Positions 44,041-54,922 of a DNA stretch of 64,000 bases are shown one piece after another. The translations under genes were made by a program, and so were the position numbers. Location: assembly GCA_964391805.1 (NCBI GenBank), contig CAYMNK010000004.1, forward strand, positions 91,986-155,985, in the 5' to 3' direction. Under the pieces are notes generated by a model, which had not been told where the DNA came from, did not search any database, and worked only from the letters and a program-made list of their open reading frames with translations. The stretch comes from an uncultured Christensenellaceae bacterium (GTDB lineage: Bacteria; Bacillota; Clostridia; Christensenellales; CAG-1252). Numbering within the stretch: the stretch's first letter is position 1; every line of letters begins with the position of its first letter.

Positions 44041-45738
44041 CTACCCATTTACTAATTTTGCCTTTTTAATAGCGTGCGCATTATCTATCATTTGTTTAGC
44101 GTGCAATTTACCTGCCTCGGTGATGGCCCCGGCTAAACGAGAGACTTCTTCAACCCTTTCTTCCTCATTGAGAGCAACTAACGATGTGAGTGTTTTACCG
44201 CCGACTACGCTCTTACTGATAAGGAAGTGAGTATCAGCAAAAGATGCAAGTTGTGGTAAATGGGTAACCGCTATAACTTGCTTACCGACGCTGATATTGA
44301 ATAGTTTTTCGGCAACGGTTTGAGCAACTCTACCCGATATACCTGTATCGATTTCGTCAAATACCATGGTTTCGATGCCGTCTAAACCTGCTATTATATT
44401 TTTAATGGCAAGCATAAATCTGCTCATTTCACCGCCCGACGCTATCTTACTCAAATTTTTAAGCGGTTCGCCTACATTGGGAGAAATTAAAAACTCCACG
44501 GTATCGAAGCCGTTAGATGACATATGCTCTAAGAAGTTAGTTTCGTTAACTTCTTCGCCGAATGATACCTTAAATTCGGTGCCTTTCATTGCCAAATCGT
44601 TCAATTCTTTGAGAATGGCTTTTTCAAACTTCAAAGCAGTACGGCGTCTTTCTTGACTAAGTTCGAACCCTGATTTATATAGCGACTCTTCCAACTTCGC
44701 CAGTTTATCTTGTAATTTAGCAATGTTTTCATCCGAATTAGCGAGTTCGTCATACTCTTCTTCGAGTTTATTTAATTCTTCGAGTATTTCTTCGACCGAT
44801 GATCCGTATTTACGCTTCAAAAGCTTAATGGTATCTACTCTGCGCTCCACTCTGTCAAAACTGCGTTGGTCGAAATCGAAGTTATCCGAATAGCCTTCCA
44901 AGGTATCGGCTATATCTACTATTTCTATACGAGCATCTTCTAAACGTGATTCGAGTTCGGCTAACGATTCGTCATAATTGGATACTAATTTTAAGTATCT
45001 AATCGCTTGGGTGAGCATTCCGCTAACCGAAAAATCTTCGCCGTCAAGCGAATTATACGCACCGCTGACACCTTCCATAAGTTTCTCGGCGTTACGATAT
45101 TTATCGCGCAATTTAATAAGTTCCTCTTCTTCTCCCTCTTTTAATTCTGCTTTTCTAATCTCGTCGATTTGATACTCTAAAGATTCCTTTCTGCGCTCCC
45201 TTTGTCTACTGTCACCAAAAGATTGTAATGCCGATTGAGTTTCTTTGTATTCGTTATAAATCTTGGTGTATTTATCAAGAAGGCTACCTGCTTTACCCGA
45301 ATACTTATCGATTATAGCAAGGTGCGAACTGACCTTCAACAACGATTGATGTTCGTGCTGTCCTAAAATGTCTACTAAAACCGAGGTAAGACGCTTGAGC
45401 ATAGACAAATTAAACGGATTACCGTTAACTCTTATCTCGTTACGAGTTTCGGTCATTGTACGCTTGATAATAAGCATATTGTCCTGCTCTAAACCTAATT
45501 CCTCCATGATCGGGAACAGTTCCTCGCCAACTTCGAAAACTCCCTCGACAGACGCCTGTGTCGCTCCGTACCTTATGAGTGATTTATCCGCTCTACCGCC
45601 TAAAACAAAACTGAGCGAGTCTATAACGATAGACTTACCCGCACCTGTTTCACCCGATAAAACGTTCACTCCTTTATTGAATTCAACCGAGCATTCCTCG
45701 ATCAACGCTATATTTTTAATACGAAGCGATACTAACAT
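44041..45738 (-). CDS. recN: DNA repair protein RecN
   Basis: GETGAGKS Walker A, long coiled coil, C-terminal SGGE signature. Confidence 0.92.
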   Translation of the reverse strand: MLVSLRIKNIALIEECSVEFNKGVNVLSGETGAGKSIVIDSLSFVLGGRADKSLIRYGATQASVEGVFEVGEELFPIMEELGLEQDNMLIIKRTMTETRNEIRVNGNPFNLSMLKRLTSVLVDILGQHEHQSLLKVSSHLAIIDKYSGKAGSLLDKYTKIYNEYKETQSALQSFGDSRQRERRKESLEYQIDEIRKAELKEGEEEELIKLRDKYRNAEKLMEGVSGAYNSLDGEDFSVSGMLTQAIRYLKLVSNYDESLAELESRLEDARIEIVDIADTLEGYSDNFDFDQRSFDRVERRVDTIKLLKRKYGSSVEEILEELNKLEEEYDELANSDENIAKLQDKLAKLEESLYKSGFELSQERRRTALKFEKAILKELNDLAMKGTEFKVSFGEEVNETNFLEHMSSNGFDTVEFLISPNVGEPLKNLSKIASGGEMSRFMLAIKNIIAGLDGIETMVFDEIDTGISGRVAQTVAEKLFNISVGKQVIAVTHLPQLASFADTHFLISKSVVGGKTLTSLVALNEEERVEEVSRLAGAITEAGKLHAKQMIDNAHAIKKAKLVNG

Positions 45739-46190
45739 TAGAACATCCCCTTGAGTTTATCGGCAAAGACCATTGCCGCGTCATCCGATGATAATATGAT
45801 TAAAACGGTATCGTCGCCCGCAATGGTTCCTAATTTTGCGTTATAATGAAATTCGTCCAATATGGCGGCAACACTACCTGCCGTACCCGGTTTCGAGCGT
45901 AAAACTACCATATTATTGACTTGATTGACGCTGATAACCACTTCTCTATATAGATTGATCATCCTATCGTCCGCATGATCGTTTTTCTCTGCTTGTTTAA
46001 GTACGGTATATCTATATCTTCCGTTGATATTCTTCTTGATAAGATTAAGTTCCTTGATGTCGCGCGAAACGGTTGCTTGTGTAACCTTATAGCCCAATGC
46101 AATAAGTTCGTCAACAAGTTGTTCTTGCGTCTCGATTGCCTTATTCTTAATGATTTCGATAATACTTAATTGTCTTTCAGATCTCGTCAT
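45738..46190 (-). CDS. argR: Arginine repressor
   Basis: N-terminal winged helix (TQATVSRDIKEL) and C-terminal GTIAGDDT motif. Confidence 0.9.
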   Translation of the reverse strand: MTRSERQLSIIEIIKNKAIETQEQLVDELIALGYKVTQATVSRDIKELNLIKKNINGRYRYTVLKQAEKNDHADDRMINLYREVVISVNQVNNMVVLRSKPGTAGSVAAILDEFHYNAKLGTIAGDDTVLIILSSDDAAMVFADKLKGMF

Positions 46191-46199
46191 ATGTTCCTC

Positions 46200-47003
46200 T
46201 TAACTGTTACTTTCAACAGTCCATTGTAATAATTTTTCTTGTAACTTTTTATAAAAACTCGAATCCGATATCTTGATAAGTTTAAAAACTTTTTGAGATA
46301 AACGAACTTCTATTTCACATTTTCCGTCAACCCCTTCAATCGGTCTACCGTCTATGTTGATAATTGCATTATTTTCCGCGCCTATAATCAGTCGGTCTTC
46401 CCCGAATACCATGGGACGCGAAAACAGTACGTGAGCGCATACGGGAGTCATAACCATAGCACGCAAAGTCGGTTCTAAAATCGGTCCACCGCATGATAAG
46501 GAATATGCCGTTGAACCCGTAGGAGTAGCGAGCATTATTCCATCTGATGAAAAACTCGTAATGATTTTATCGTCTTTACCTACATATGCTCTAATAACAT
46601 TGACATCGCTTGACTTGGTAATCGATATATCATTCAATGCATAATAGATTACGCCTCGATATGTGGTCTCGAGAAGTGCTCTCTCCTCGATTTCGTAGTC
46701 ACCCGAAATAATTCTATCTACTGCATCGTCTATCTTGGATAAATCGCTAACTTCGGACAAAAAACCTACTCTACCGGTATTAAAACAAATAACCGGAATA
46801 TCCGCTTTTACCGCTCCGTCTACCGTCATAAGCATGGTTCCGTCACCGCCGATAACAAATATGAAATCCAAGTTTTCTACGTTAATCAATTCGGTAGCCA
46901 CATAAAAAGTTACATCCGAATATGTAGAAAGTCTATTGACTATTATTCGGGCAGTTTCTTCACTCCCCTTTTTAGTGTGGTTGACGATAATTGCAATTTT
47001 CAT
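46200..47003 (-). CDS. nadK: NAD kinase
   Basis: GGDGT motif and ATPTGSTAYSLSCGGP. Confidence 0.9.
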   Translation of the reverse strand: MKIAIIVNHTKKGSEETARIIVNRLSTYSDVTFYVATELINVENLDFIFVIGGDGTMLMTVDGAVKADIPVICFNTGRVGFLSEVSDLSKIDDAVDRIISGDYEIEERALLETTYRGVIYYALNDISITKSSDVNVIRAYVGKDDKIITSFSSDGIMLATPTGSTAYSLSCGGPILEPTLRAMVMTPVCAHVLFSRPMVFGEDRLIIGAENNAIINIDGRPIEGVDGKCEIEVRLSQKVFKLIKISDSSFYKKLQEKLLQWTVESNS

Positions 47004-47123
47004 ATTTCAATTTTATGATTTTTTATGCAAAAAATCAAGCATTATGCATAATTTAGAGGTAATTATTTATATATTTTTTAATGTTTAGTCATATTAAACA
47101 TTTTTATGCAATTAAAAAATGCG

Positions 47124-47837
47124 TTACGCCTTTAATAAATATGCTAAATATTCAACGTTTTTATTGTCAAACAAATCGGGCGTTTCGGTGTAACCCAACG
47201 AATGCAAGCCTACACTTTCTGCATATGTTAGCACATTATCGACTGCCTTTAACGCGATTTTATCGGACTTAACTATACCAGTCTTGGTTAGATTCGATTT
47301 ACCGACTTCGAATTGAGGTTTAATTAGAATTATCGCTCTACCGCCTTTAACCAAAAGTCTCGATATTTCGGGCAACACCTTAGTTATGGAAATGAAACTC
47401 AAATCTGCCGTGATTATATCGGCACAACCGTCATCCATAGGAACAGCCTTAGCATTAGTTTTATCCATAACAACAACCCGACTATCGTTAACAAGTCTAT
47501 CGGGGAGTGCACATTCGCCTACATCGACTGCGACCACCTTTTCGGCACCGCATTCCAATAAAACATCGGTAAAACCGCCGTTTGACGAACCGAGATCGAT
47601 ACAAGTACCATTGACGGCAATATCAAAATATCTAATCGCTTTTATAAGTTTAAGTCCGCCCAAAGACGCATATCTAATGAGGTCGTCAACCTCTACTAAA
47701 TCGCTATCGTTTACGTCAAATGAGGGTTTATTTATCTGTTTACCGTTGACTTTGACACCGCCTAATTTGATAAGATTAAGTCCCCTTGTACGAGATTCGA
47801 CAAAGCCTTTTTCAAAAAGATAACTATCTATCCTCAT
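47124..47837 (-). CDS. tlyA: TlyA-family rRNA 2'-O-methyltransferase
   Basis: N-terminal S4 domain plus FtsJ-like SAM domain (DLGSSNGGFT). Confidence 0.85.
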   Translation of the reverse strand: MRIDSYLFEKGFVESRTRGLNLIKLGGVKVNGKQINKPSFDVNDSDLVEVDDLIRYASLGGLKLIKAIRYFDIAVNGTCIDLGSSNGGFTDVLLECGAEKVVAVDVGECALPDRLVNDSRVVVMDKTNAKAVPMDDGCADIITADLSFISITKVLPEISRLLVKGGRAIILIKPQFEVGKSNLTKTGIVKSDKIALKAVDNVLTYAESVGLHSLGYTETPDLFDNKNVEYLAYLLKA

Positions 47838-49524
47838 CTTCGTCGTCTCCCGAGAGCTCTTGTTTCAAATAAGCGTAAATTTTACCCTTGGACATACCTT
47901 GTTCAAAAAGTATCTCCTCAGTCGTTGCCGATGTAGGAACACTTGTCAATACGAATGCTTTATCTATGTGTATATATTTAGATAGCTTGTCGAAGAAACC
48001 GCCTTCGGTGTAACTCTCGTCCACAAGATAGTTTTTAGAGTATTTACCTATAAATCTACCGTCTATAATACTCGGCACACGAGCATTAACTATATCAACC
48101 GATATATCGCTGTATGACAGCATTTCGGAAACATATTTTGCATTTTTTAAACTTTGAGCGCCTACTGCAAATATGACGGTGTCGGCTTTTCCGCTACCCG
48201 AAACTAACTGCCAACGTGGATAATCGGTATCAAACGCATTTTCGGAATATTCTTCTTTGGGAATTGCCAAAGCATAAGGTGCGTTTTGATTTACACTCCA
48301 CCTGAGCATGGTTTCTAATTCTTCTACGCCCGACGGGTACATTACGCTAACGTCGCTCGATGCAAACGTTTGATACGCAAATATTCCTTGATGGGTACAT
48401 CCGTCTCCGCTAATTATACCGCTTCTTCCTAATATGTAGATTATCGGCAAGCCTTTGGCTTCTATAAGAATTTGATCGTAAGCGCGTTGCATAAAAGTCG
48501 AATAAATACAAACGATAGGTCGCATTCCCGCTCTTGCTAAGCCCGAAGCAACGCTAACCGCCAATCCCTCTGCAATACCTACGTCGATATATCTATCGGG
48601 AAATTCCTTGGCAAACTCACCGAGTCCGTTACCCTCGCCCATTGCGGAAACTATCACAACTATTCTATCGTCTTCACGAGCTAATTTGAGAATGGCTTCT
48701 CCCTCATAGGACGAAAAACCTGTATCCGAACCTACCGAATGATTACGAATAGGATCCATCTCGGCAGGTGCATAACCTTTACCCTTGGTGGTGGTTATAT
48801 GAACAATTACACTTCTATCGGTTTGTTTCGCTAATTCGAACGCATCTATTAGAGACGAAATATCGTGCCCGTCTACAACACCTATATAATCACAATCGAG
48901 ATGCGCAAAAGTTTCTCCGTCTACCGTTCCGTCGTATGCTTTATTTCTAAGTCTCTCAAAAAATTTACCGTAACCGCCTACCGTTTTTTCGATAGAATAG
49001 CGATTATCGTTCAATACAATAATTTGTTTACCGAATTCATTGACGTTATTAAGCGATTCGAGCGTCAATCCGTTGGCAAAAACGCCGTCACCTAAAACCG
49101 AAACATTATAGTGCGATTCGCCTTTAAGTTTATCGGCTATAGCGTATCCTATTCCTTCGGCAAGAGCCGTTCCTGCATGTCCTGCTACGAGTTTATCGTA
49201 TTTACTCTCATTGGGATCGGGAAATCCGCTTATACCGCCATGACGACGAAGTTTAGAAAAACTGTCTTTACGGTCGGTCAATATCTTATAAGCATAACAT
49301 TGATGTCCTACATCGAATAAAATTCTATCGTTAGTTGCGTCAAACGAATATAAAAGAGCCACCGTCAATTCGACGGCGCCCAATGATGACGCTAAGTGTC
49401 CTCCCGAACGCAACACCGTAATGGTGATATAATCACGAACTTCCTTACATAAATCGGCTAAAGCGCGATTATCGAGTTCTTTGATACCTTCGGGTAATTT
49501 GATTTTATCTAAGTAATCGGACAT
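47824..49524 (-). CDS. dxs: 1-deoxy-D-xylulose-5-phosphate synthase
   Basis: GGHLASSLGAVELT, DVGHQCYAYK and LGDG TPP motifs. Confidence 0.9.
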   Translation of the reverse strand: MSDYLDKIKLPEGIKELDNRALADLCKEVRDYITITVLRSGGHLASSLGAVELTVALLYSFDATNDRILFDVGHQCYAYKILTDRKDSFSKLRRHGGISGFPDPNESKYDKLVAGHAGTALAEGIGYAIADKLKGESHYNVSVLGDGVFANGLTLESLNNVNEFGKQIIVLNDNRYSIEKTVGGYGKFFERLRNKAYDGTVDGETFAHLDCDYIGVVDGHDISSLIDAFELAKQTDRSVIVHITTTKGKGYAPAEMDPIRNHSVGSDTGFSSYEGEAILKLAREDDRIVVIVSAMGEGNGLGEFAKEFPDRYIDVGIAEGLAVSVASGLARAGMRPIVCIYSTFMQRAYDQILIEAKGLPIIYILGRSGIISGDGCTHQGIFAYQTFASSDVSVMYPSGVEELETMLRWSVNQNAPYALAIPKEEYSENAFDTDYPRWQLVSGSGKADTVIFAVGAQSLKNAKYVSEMLSYSDISVDIVNARVPSIIDGRFIGKYSKNYLVDESYTEGGFFDKLSKYIHIDKAFVLTSVPTSATTEEILFEQGMSKGKIYAYLKQELSGDDEDEDR

Positions 49525-49742
49525 TATTCGTTATCTATAGGTAAATCTTCGGCTGTGACCTTGTCCATCTCTTTTTTGAGAAGAACAATTTTTCCCTTAG
49601 CCTCGCTCAATGCTGTAAGGCATTCTTTACTAATCCTTATACCCTCGTCAAAAAGACGGATTCCATCGTCAAGGGTGGTTTGAGGATCGTCAAGTTTACT
49701 TATAGTTTGTTCAAGCTGTTTCAATAATTGTTCAAATTCCAT
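49524..49742 (-). CDS. xseB: Exodeoxyribonuclease VII small subunit
   Basis: 72-aa helical protein directly after xseA. Confidence 0.85.
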   Translation of the reverse strand: MEFEQLLKQLEQTISKLDDPQTTLDDGIRLFDEGIRISKECLTALSEAKGKIVLLKKEMDKVTAEDLPIDNE

Positions 49743-49755
49743 ATATATCTCCCGA

Positions 49756-50934
49756 TTATTTTGCTTTTTTTGAGTTTACGGTGGCGTTTACGGTACCTTC
49801 GAGCATTATCACCTCGATATTGTCGCCCTTTTCGAGTTCGTCAAAAGAAATGATCTTATTATCCTTCCACACTCTAAAGTAACCGTTTTGAAGAAGTTTA
49901 AGCGGATTTTTTGAATCTAACATCGCTAAATAATTCATAACTGCTTGTTCCTTACGAAGCACCATATTGTCGGCTTTATTAATCATATTATGCATTAGCA
50001 TCGATGTTTCGCTTTCTGCCTTCTCGATCTTACGAAGGGCCTTATCCTCCAATGCTCTGATATGATTACGAAGCATGTCCTCTTTACGCAATGCTATTCG
50101 TTCAAGTTGACTACACATGTCGCCTACAGATGCAACTATTTGCTCTTTAAGCGCATCTTCGTCAAATGCGACAAGTTCACCCGCAGCCGTAGGTGTTGCG
50201 GCACGTGCGTCTGCTACAAAGTCGGATATAGAAAAGTCGGTTTCGTGTCCTACAGCCGAAATGATAGGTGTATTCATTGCATATATGGTGCGAGCCAAAT
50301 TCTCGTCGTTAAAGGGCATCAAGTCCTCGAATGAGCCTCCCCCTCTTGCCAATATAATACAGTCGAAACCTAAGGTGTCCATAATCTTAAGTCCGCGACT
50401 GATATCTTCCGCGGCGGTGTCTCCTTGAACTCTGACGTCAAATACGCTAATATTCAATATTCTGTTTTTATTTCTAACTGTACGGACGATATCTCTGATA
50501 ACCGCTCCGGTTTTACTGGTAACAACGCCTACCGAGCGACAAAAACGAGGAATTGCCTTCTTATGACTCTCTGCAAATAAACCTTCTTGTAAAAGTTTCG
50601 CTTTGAGTTTTTCGAGCATAATATGCAAGTTGCCCTTACCTACCGGCTGAATGGTATCGACTATAAGCGATAATTTACCCGATTTGGTATAATAGTCAAC
50701 CTTACCCGTACAAATGACAGATTCGCCGTCCTTAGACGGATTATAGGTCTTCTTAGCATAAAAACAAGAGCACGGTATTGCGCCATCCTTATCCTTTAAC
50801 GTAAAATATGCATGCACACCCGAATATTTAAAAGAAGAAACTTCCCCAAAGACTGTAATTTTTTGGAGGAAGTCCTGCTTAACAATAGCTAATTTTATAT
50901 ATTCGTTCAGTTGGGCAACGGTTAGCGGTTCCAT
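49756..50934 (-). CDS. xseA: Exodeoxyribonuclease VII large subunit
   Basis: OB-fold N-terminus, GVVTS..GA.IRD and ARGGGS motifs. Confidence 0.9.
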   Translation of the reverse strand: MEPLTVAQLNEYIKLAIVKQDFLQKITVFGEVSSFKYSGVHAYFTLKDKDGAIPCSCFYAKKTYNPSKDGESVICTGKVDYYTKSGKLSLIVDTIQPVGKGNLHIMLEKLKAKLLQEGLFAESHKKAIPRFCRSVGVVTSKTGAVIRDIVRTVRNKNRILNISVFDVRVQGDTAAEDISRGLKIMDTLGFDCIILARGGGSFEDLMPFNDENLARTIYAMNTPIISAVGHETDFSISDFVADARAATPTAAGELVAFDEDALKEQIVASVGDMCSQLERIALRKEDMLRNHIRALEDKALRKIEKAESETSMLMHNMINKADNMVLRKEQAVMNYLAMLDSKNPLKLLQNGYFRVWKDNKIISFDELEKGDNIEVIMLEGTVNATVNSKKAK

Positions 50935-51332
50935 TATTTATCCTTATTGATGCCCGATAAGATACCGTTTACAAAGCCTACGCTCTTTTCACCGCCGAAC
51001 TGCTGAGATAGATTGATTGCTTCGCTGATTACTACGCCCACAGGAATTTCGGGAGCGTACAATAATTCATAAGCACCGTATAATAATGCCGTATAATCCG
51101 CTCTATTCAATCTTTCGGGAGAACTGTATCCCTTAGCATATTCCATTACCTTATCGGTAAGAATGTCAAAATGCTCGATAATACCGTTAAGGGTACTCTC
51201 TACATATTGTTTATCTTCCTCGGTAAGATTGATACCTGCCAACAATAACAGCTTAGTATGCTCGTTAACGACCTTGGAAAACGTGTATTCGAATACTAAC
51301 TTGTATACCGCATCTCTCGCATCTTTTCTCAT
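50934..51332 (-). CDS. nusB: Transcription antitermination factor NusB
   Basis: NusB-length helical protein in the conserved position before xseA. Confidence 0.85.
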   Translation of the reverse strand: MRKDARDAVYKLVFEYTFSKVVNEHTKLLLLAGINLTEEDKQYVESTLNGIIEHFDILTDKVMEYAKGYSSPERLNRADYTALLYGAYELLYAPEIPVGVVISEAINLSQQFGGEKSVGFVNGILSGINKDK

Positions 51333-51655
51333 TTAAAAACTACTCCTACTACATTTACATTGACCGATTTAACTCTATACGGCGTAGCGGTCTCCACCTT
51401 TTGTTTAACCGCTCTCTGTATTGTATAAGCAAGCTCGGGTACTCTATATCCGTAATATGCCTTGATGGATATATCGATTATAGCACTTTTTTCCACAATG
51501 GTCACCTGCACACAGTTGGCGGTGGATCTAAAAAGTTTACCCGAAAAAGTCGCTCCGCTATCGAGCGATAAATCGGCAACTCCATCAATCTGAGATACGG
51601 TAGAAGCACTCAACGATGAAATAATGTTTTCGTATTTTTGTTGCTCTAATGACAT
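51329..51655 (-). CDS. Asp23/Gls24 family protein (YqhY-like)
   Basis: Asp23-type sequence in the conserved position upstream of nusB. Confidence 0.75.
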   Translation of the reverse strand: MSLEQQKYENIISSLSASTVSQIDGVADLSLDSGATFSGKLFRSTANCVQVTIVEKSAIIDISIKAYYGYRVPELAYTIQRAVKQKVETATPYRVKSVNVNVVGVVFK

Positions 51656-51782
51656 AATCTACTCCGTAAAATGTATTTTTTACTTATATTTATTATATAT
51701 TATAACACTTATATAAAAAAAATTCAATTACTGTTTGACAGAATAATTGAATTTTTTATAGTTTATTCGTTTTTTTATCTCG

Positions 51783-52277
51783 TTAACTGACGGTTGAGTA
51801 CGGTACTATTATCACGTTTGTCGCCTTACACCCAGTTTCTTCGGTCACAATTCCCAAAATCTGTGCTACGTCGGTCGACGATAAATCGGCATCCTTAACC
51901 ACCACGTTAACATTTTCGGTCGACATAGTCACACAAGCATCTTCGAATCCCCTTGCCTTAATCAAGTTTTCGAGAACAAGTTCGCTATCCGAATATTTGA
52001 TAAGATTTAGCTTTTGCTGTTCCGCTTCTGCCTTTGCTTCTTCGGACGATGTTTCCGATTGTAAAATGGAATCGAGATATGTAAAACTTTGAGCTCTTAC
52101 TCCATCTCTGTCCGTTTTCATGGCGCTAAACACCGATACCGTGCCTTGATTGGCAACATTGTTTGAGTCTCCTGTGCCCGAGTCTGTTTTGTTGGCTAAC
52201 AGTACATTCAAATACGCCGCCGCGACAAGCATGACAACCATGGTACAAATGATAACAATCTTCTTTTTATTTGACAT
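51783..52277 (-). CDS. spoIIIAH: Stage III sporulation protein AH
   Basis: N-terminal TM anchor. Last gene of the 8-gene spoIIIA cluster. Confidence 0.7.
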   Translation of the reverse strand: MSNKKKIVIICTMVVMLVAAAYLNVLLANKTDSGTGDSNNVANQGTVSVFSAMKTDRDGVRAQSFTYLDSILQSETSSEEAKAEAEQQKLNLIKYSDSELVLENLIKARGFEDACVTMSTENVNVVVKDADLSSTDVAQILGIVTEETGCKATNVIIVPYSTVS

Positions 52278-52311
52278 TTTTTACCCCCTTTTATTTCGCT
52301 TTATTGTTTTT

Positions 52312-52740
52312 CTACCCGTTATCCATTTCAAATATTCTTATCTTATCCACGGACACGCCGGTAGCTGTTTGAATTGCTCTTAGTATACGAACTTCGCACT
52401 CGGGATCGCCTGCGCCCTCGCTTACTACGATTATTCCTATGATTTCCTTAGGCATTTTACCGTCATCGGTATACGACGAATAGCTCTTACTATCCGAATA
52501 GGTTATGTATACGCGGGTTTTGCCCACTCCTTTTATTTCGGATAACACACACTCCAGAGATGATTGCGAATATGTATCGCTATCCGTTTCCTTGCCTAAA
52601 CCCGATAGAAAATAAATTCCGATTGCCAATACACATACCGTTACTGCTATTATTATTTCTATGTTTTTAATTCCCGCCAATTTACCGAGAAACTTGTTAT
52701 TTTTTAGCTTTTCTTTGAAACTATTACCTATTTCACTCAT
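52312..52740 (-). CDS. spoIIIAG: Stage III sporulation protein AG
   Basis: Position and topology within the spoIIIA cluster. Confidence 0.7.
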   Translation of the reverse strand: MSEIGNSFKEKLKNNKFLGKLAGIKNIEIIIAVTVCVLAIGIYFLSGLGKETDSDTYSQSSLECVLSEIKGVGKTRVYITYSDSKSYSSYTDDGKMPKEIIGIIVVSEGAGDPECEVRILRAIQTATGVSVDKIRIFEMDNG

Positions 52741-53179
52741 AGACTTCCACTATATCCTCGCTTACGGATAGCATTTCGGATACAACCCTCTTGACCGTAT
52801 CCGCATTATCTATCTCGCTTATTCGGACAGAAACGCTTGTAATACTATTTATATTTCCGTCCGAAATCGTTAGAACCACTTTTTCCGTCTTTATTCCTCG
52901 ATTGTCGAGTTCTTTTGCTATTCTCGACTCGAGAGCGGTTACTTCTCTATCGCTAACCTCGGAAATAAAATCGGTATCTATCGCTATCTCATCGCCCCCA
53001 ATTATGTCCGATATATTAAAATCTGCATTTTTTAATTTGATTATCGGTGTAACAAGTGTAAGAATTACAAGCAACGAGAAAATACCTTTGATATATTTAT
53101 TCGTTTGCCCCGACGGCAACAAAACATCTGCTAACACCGACAAAAGTACGACTCCAACCAATCCTAATAACCAATTCAT
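52733..53179 (-). CDS. spoIIIAF: Stage III sporulation protein AF
   Basis: Two N-terminal TM helices; position within the cluster. Confidence 0.7.
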   Translation of the reverse strand: MNWLLGLVGVVLLSVLADVLLPSGQTNKYIKGIFSLLVILTLVTPIIKLKNADFNISDIIGGDEIAIDTDFISEVSDREVTALESRIAKELDNRGIKTEKVVLTISDGNINSITSVSVRISEIDNADTVKRVVSEMLSVSEDIVEVYE

Positions 53180-54342
53180 ACCGAATTCAATGTAAATAAC
53201 AACATGGATATCGACAGTACGAATACGAATCCTACCCCCAATACCGCACCTAACAACTGCCTAACGCTTTCTGAAACATTGTTGATAAAACTCGAAAGTT
53301 TTTTATCAGTTATCGGTTCTATAATGCCTGCTGTAAGTTTAAGCCCGACTGTAAGGGCAAACAATTTGATAGCAGGCGACAATACTATCAAAACTACGGC
53401 GATTATACCCGATACTCCTACGGCATTTTTTACTATAACCATACCTACCCTCACTAAATCCACACCCTGAGAAAGATATCCACCTATTACGGGTACATAG
53501 GACGATACGAGATACTTTGTTGCCTTAATAGATGCCGAATCCACAGTACCTCCTATAAGCCCGGATAAGGACAAATATGCTATAAGTCCGCCAAAGGTCA
53601 AACTCATTACTCCGCTTCCTATGTACCGCGATGCCGACTGAAGTTTGTCAAGTTTGACATTGTCCGAAATACTGCCGACTATAGAAAATACAACAGTTGC
53701 GATAAATAATGGCAATACTACTATCGTCATAATGTTACCCACTACCGACGCTACCACCGCAAGTCCCGGATTGAATAGTCCCGTGCTTACCCCTCCGCCT
53801 ACTGCGGTAAGAAGGGTTATTAAAGGGGGATAGACTGCATTGACTACTCCGCTAAGGATTTCTATCGTCCGCTTGATGTCCTTAACCAATCCTGCAACCA
53901 TCGCAACTACCGTCGTGATTATGGCTGAATAACACACAAAATAAACTATGTCTACCGTTTGCTTCCTTAAAAAGTTTTGAGTTAAACCAAAAATGATACT
54001 GAATAGCACCGCTATAACTATTATTCCAATCAGCGTCGGTATCACCTCGGTTATGCCTCCTGCAAGATATGATAATAGTGCATCGATAATAGTACGTGGC
54101 GTTAACGAAATCTCTCCTTCGGTAAGGTCCTTAATAAACTCCTTAATTCCACCGCTGTTATAGAACAGTTCCAAGTCTTTTACATACTTTTCAAACTCTT
54201 CTAAATCAAGGTCTTCTATAGTTTTATCGACTTCCTCGTTAAGTTGGGCTTGTCCGTCGGTTTCTTCGGCAAAACATATGGTCGTCGGACAAACAAGTAT
54301 GCAAGCAAAAACAATAACCAAAACTATCATGCTCTTTTTCAT
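53176..54342 (-). CDS. spoIIIAE: Stage III sporulation protein AE
   Basis: 388-aa polytopic protein with a signal peptide; position within the cluster. Confidence 0.8.
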   Translation of the reverse strand: MKKSMIVLVIVFACILVCPTTICFAEETDGQAQLNEEVDKTIEDLDLEEFEKYVKDLELFYNSGGIKEFIKDLTEGEISLTPRTIIDALLSYLAGGITEVIPTLIGIIVIAVLFSIIFGLTQNFLRKQTVDIVYFVCYSAIITTVVAMVAGLVKDIKRTIEILSGVVNAVYPPLITLLTAVGGGVSTGLFNPGLAVVASVVGNIMTIVVLPLFIATVVFSIVGSISDNVKLDKLQSASRYIGSGVMSLTFGGLIAYLSLSGLIGGTVDSASIKATKYLVSSYVPVIGGYLSQGVDLVRVGMVIVKNAVGVSGIIAVVLIVLSPAIKLFALTVGLKLTAGIIEPITDKKLSSFINNVSESVRQLLGAVLGVGFVFVLSISMLLFTLNSV

Positions 54343-54722
54343 ACTAATTCCCCTATCGCCTCGATAAGCCCTCGTATTATCGGCAATGACATCAAAAATA
54401 TGGTCAGCTTACCGCCTAACTGTATCTTATTGCCCACTGATGACGCTCCGTAATCCTCGCATATGCTTGCTCCGTATTCGGTGAGGTACCCGATGCCTAT
54501 TATCTTCAACACGCCACCGAATAGACTTGTATCCAATCCGCTTCCCGCAATAAGCGTATCGAAGGCGGTTATCGCTTCGGTCATAGAGGACAAAACCAAT
54601 ACCAATAAAATCATCCCCGTTGCTAACGTAATTATCAGCGAAAACTCGGGATTGTTCCTTTTGAGTAAGCTCGATATGATCACACCGACTATGCCTATAC
54701 CGACTATCTTGACTATTTCCAT
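54339..54722 (-). CDS. spoIIIAD: Stage III sporulation protein AD
   Basis: 127-aa, 4-TM protein following spoIIIAC. Confidence 0.8.
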   Translation of the reverse strand: MEIVKIVGIGIVGVIISSLLKRNNPEFSLIITLATGMILLVLVLSSMTEAITAFDTLIAGSGLDTSLFGGVLKIIGIGYLTEYGASICEDYGASSVGNKIQLGGKLTIFLMSLPIIRGLIEAIGELV

Positions 54723-54723
54723 A

Positions 54724-54921
54724 TCAGTACAGTTCGAATATGGATCGAATATTGTCGAACAATCCTGCTATCATATCTAATACAATAGCAAGCGCTATAA
54801 CCAAAGATGCCAACGTTACTATGGTTGCTATTTCGTCCTTATCGCTCTTTTTTAAAATGAGGTTGACCATTGCGGTCAATATCCCCAATCCTGCTAATTT
54901 GAATAATACACTTATGTCCAT
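54724..54921 (-). CDS. spoIIIAC: Stage III sporulation protein AC
   Basis: 65-aa, 2-TM protein resembling B. subtilis SpoIIIAC (..FKLAGLGILTA..). Confidence 0.8.
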   Translation of the reverse strand: MDISVLFKLAGLGILTAMVNLILKKSDKDEIATIVTLASLVIALAIVLDMIAGLFDNIRSIFELY

Positions 54922-54922
54922 A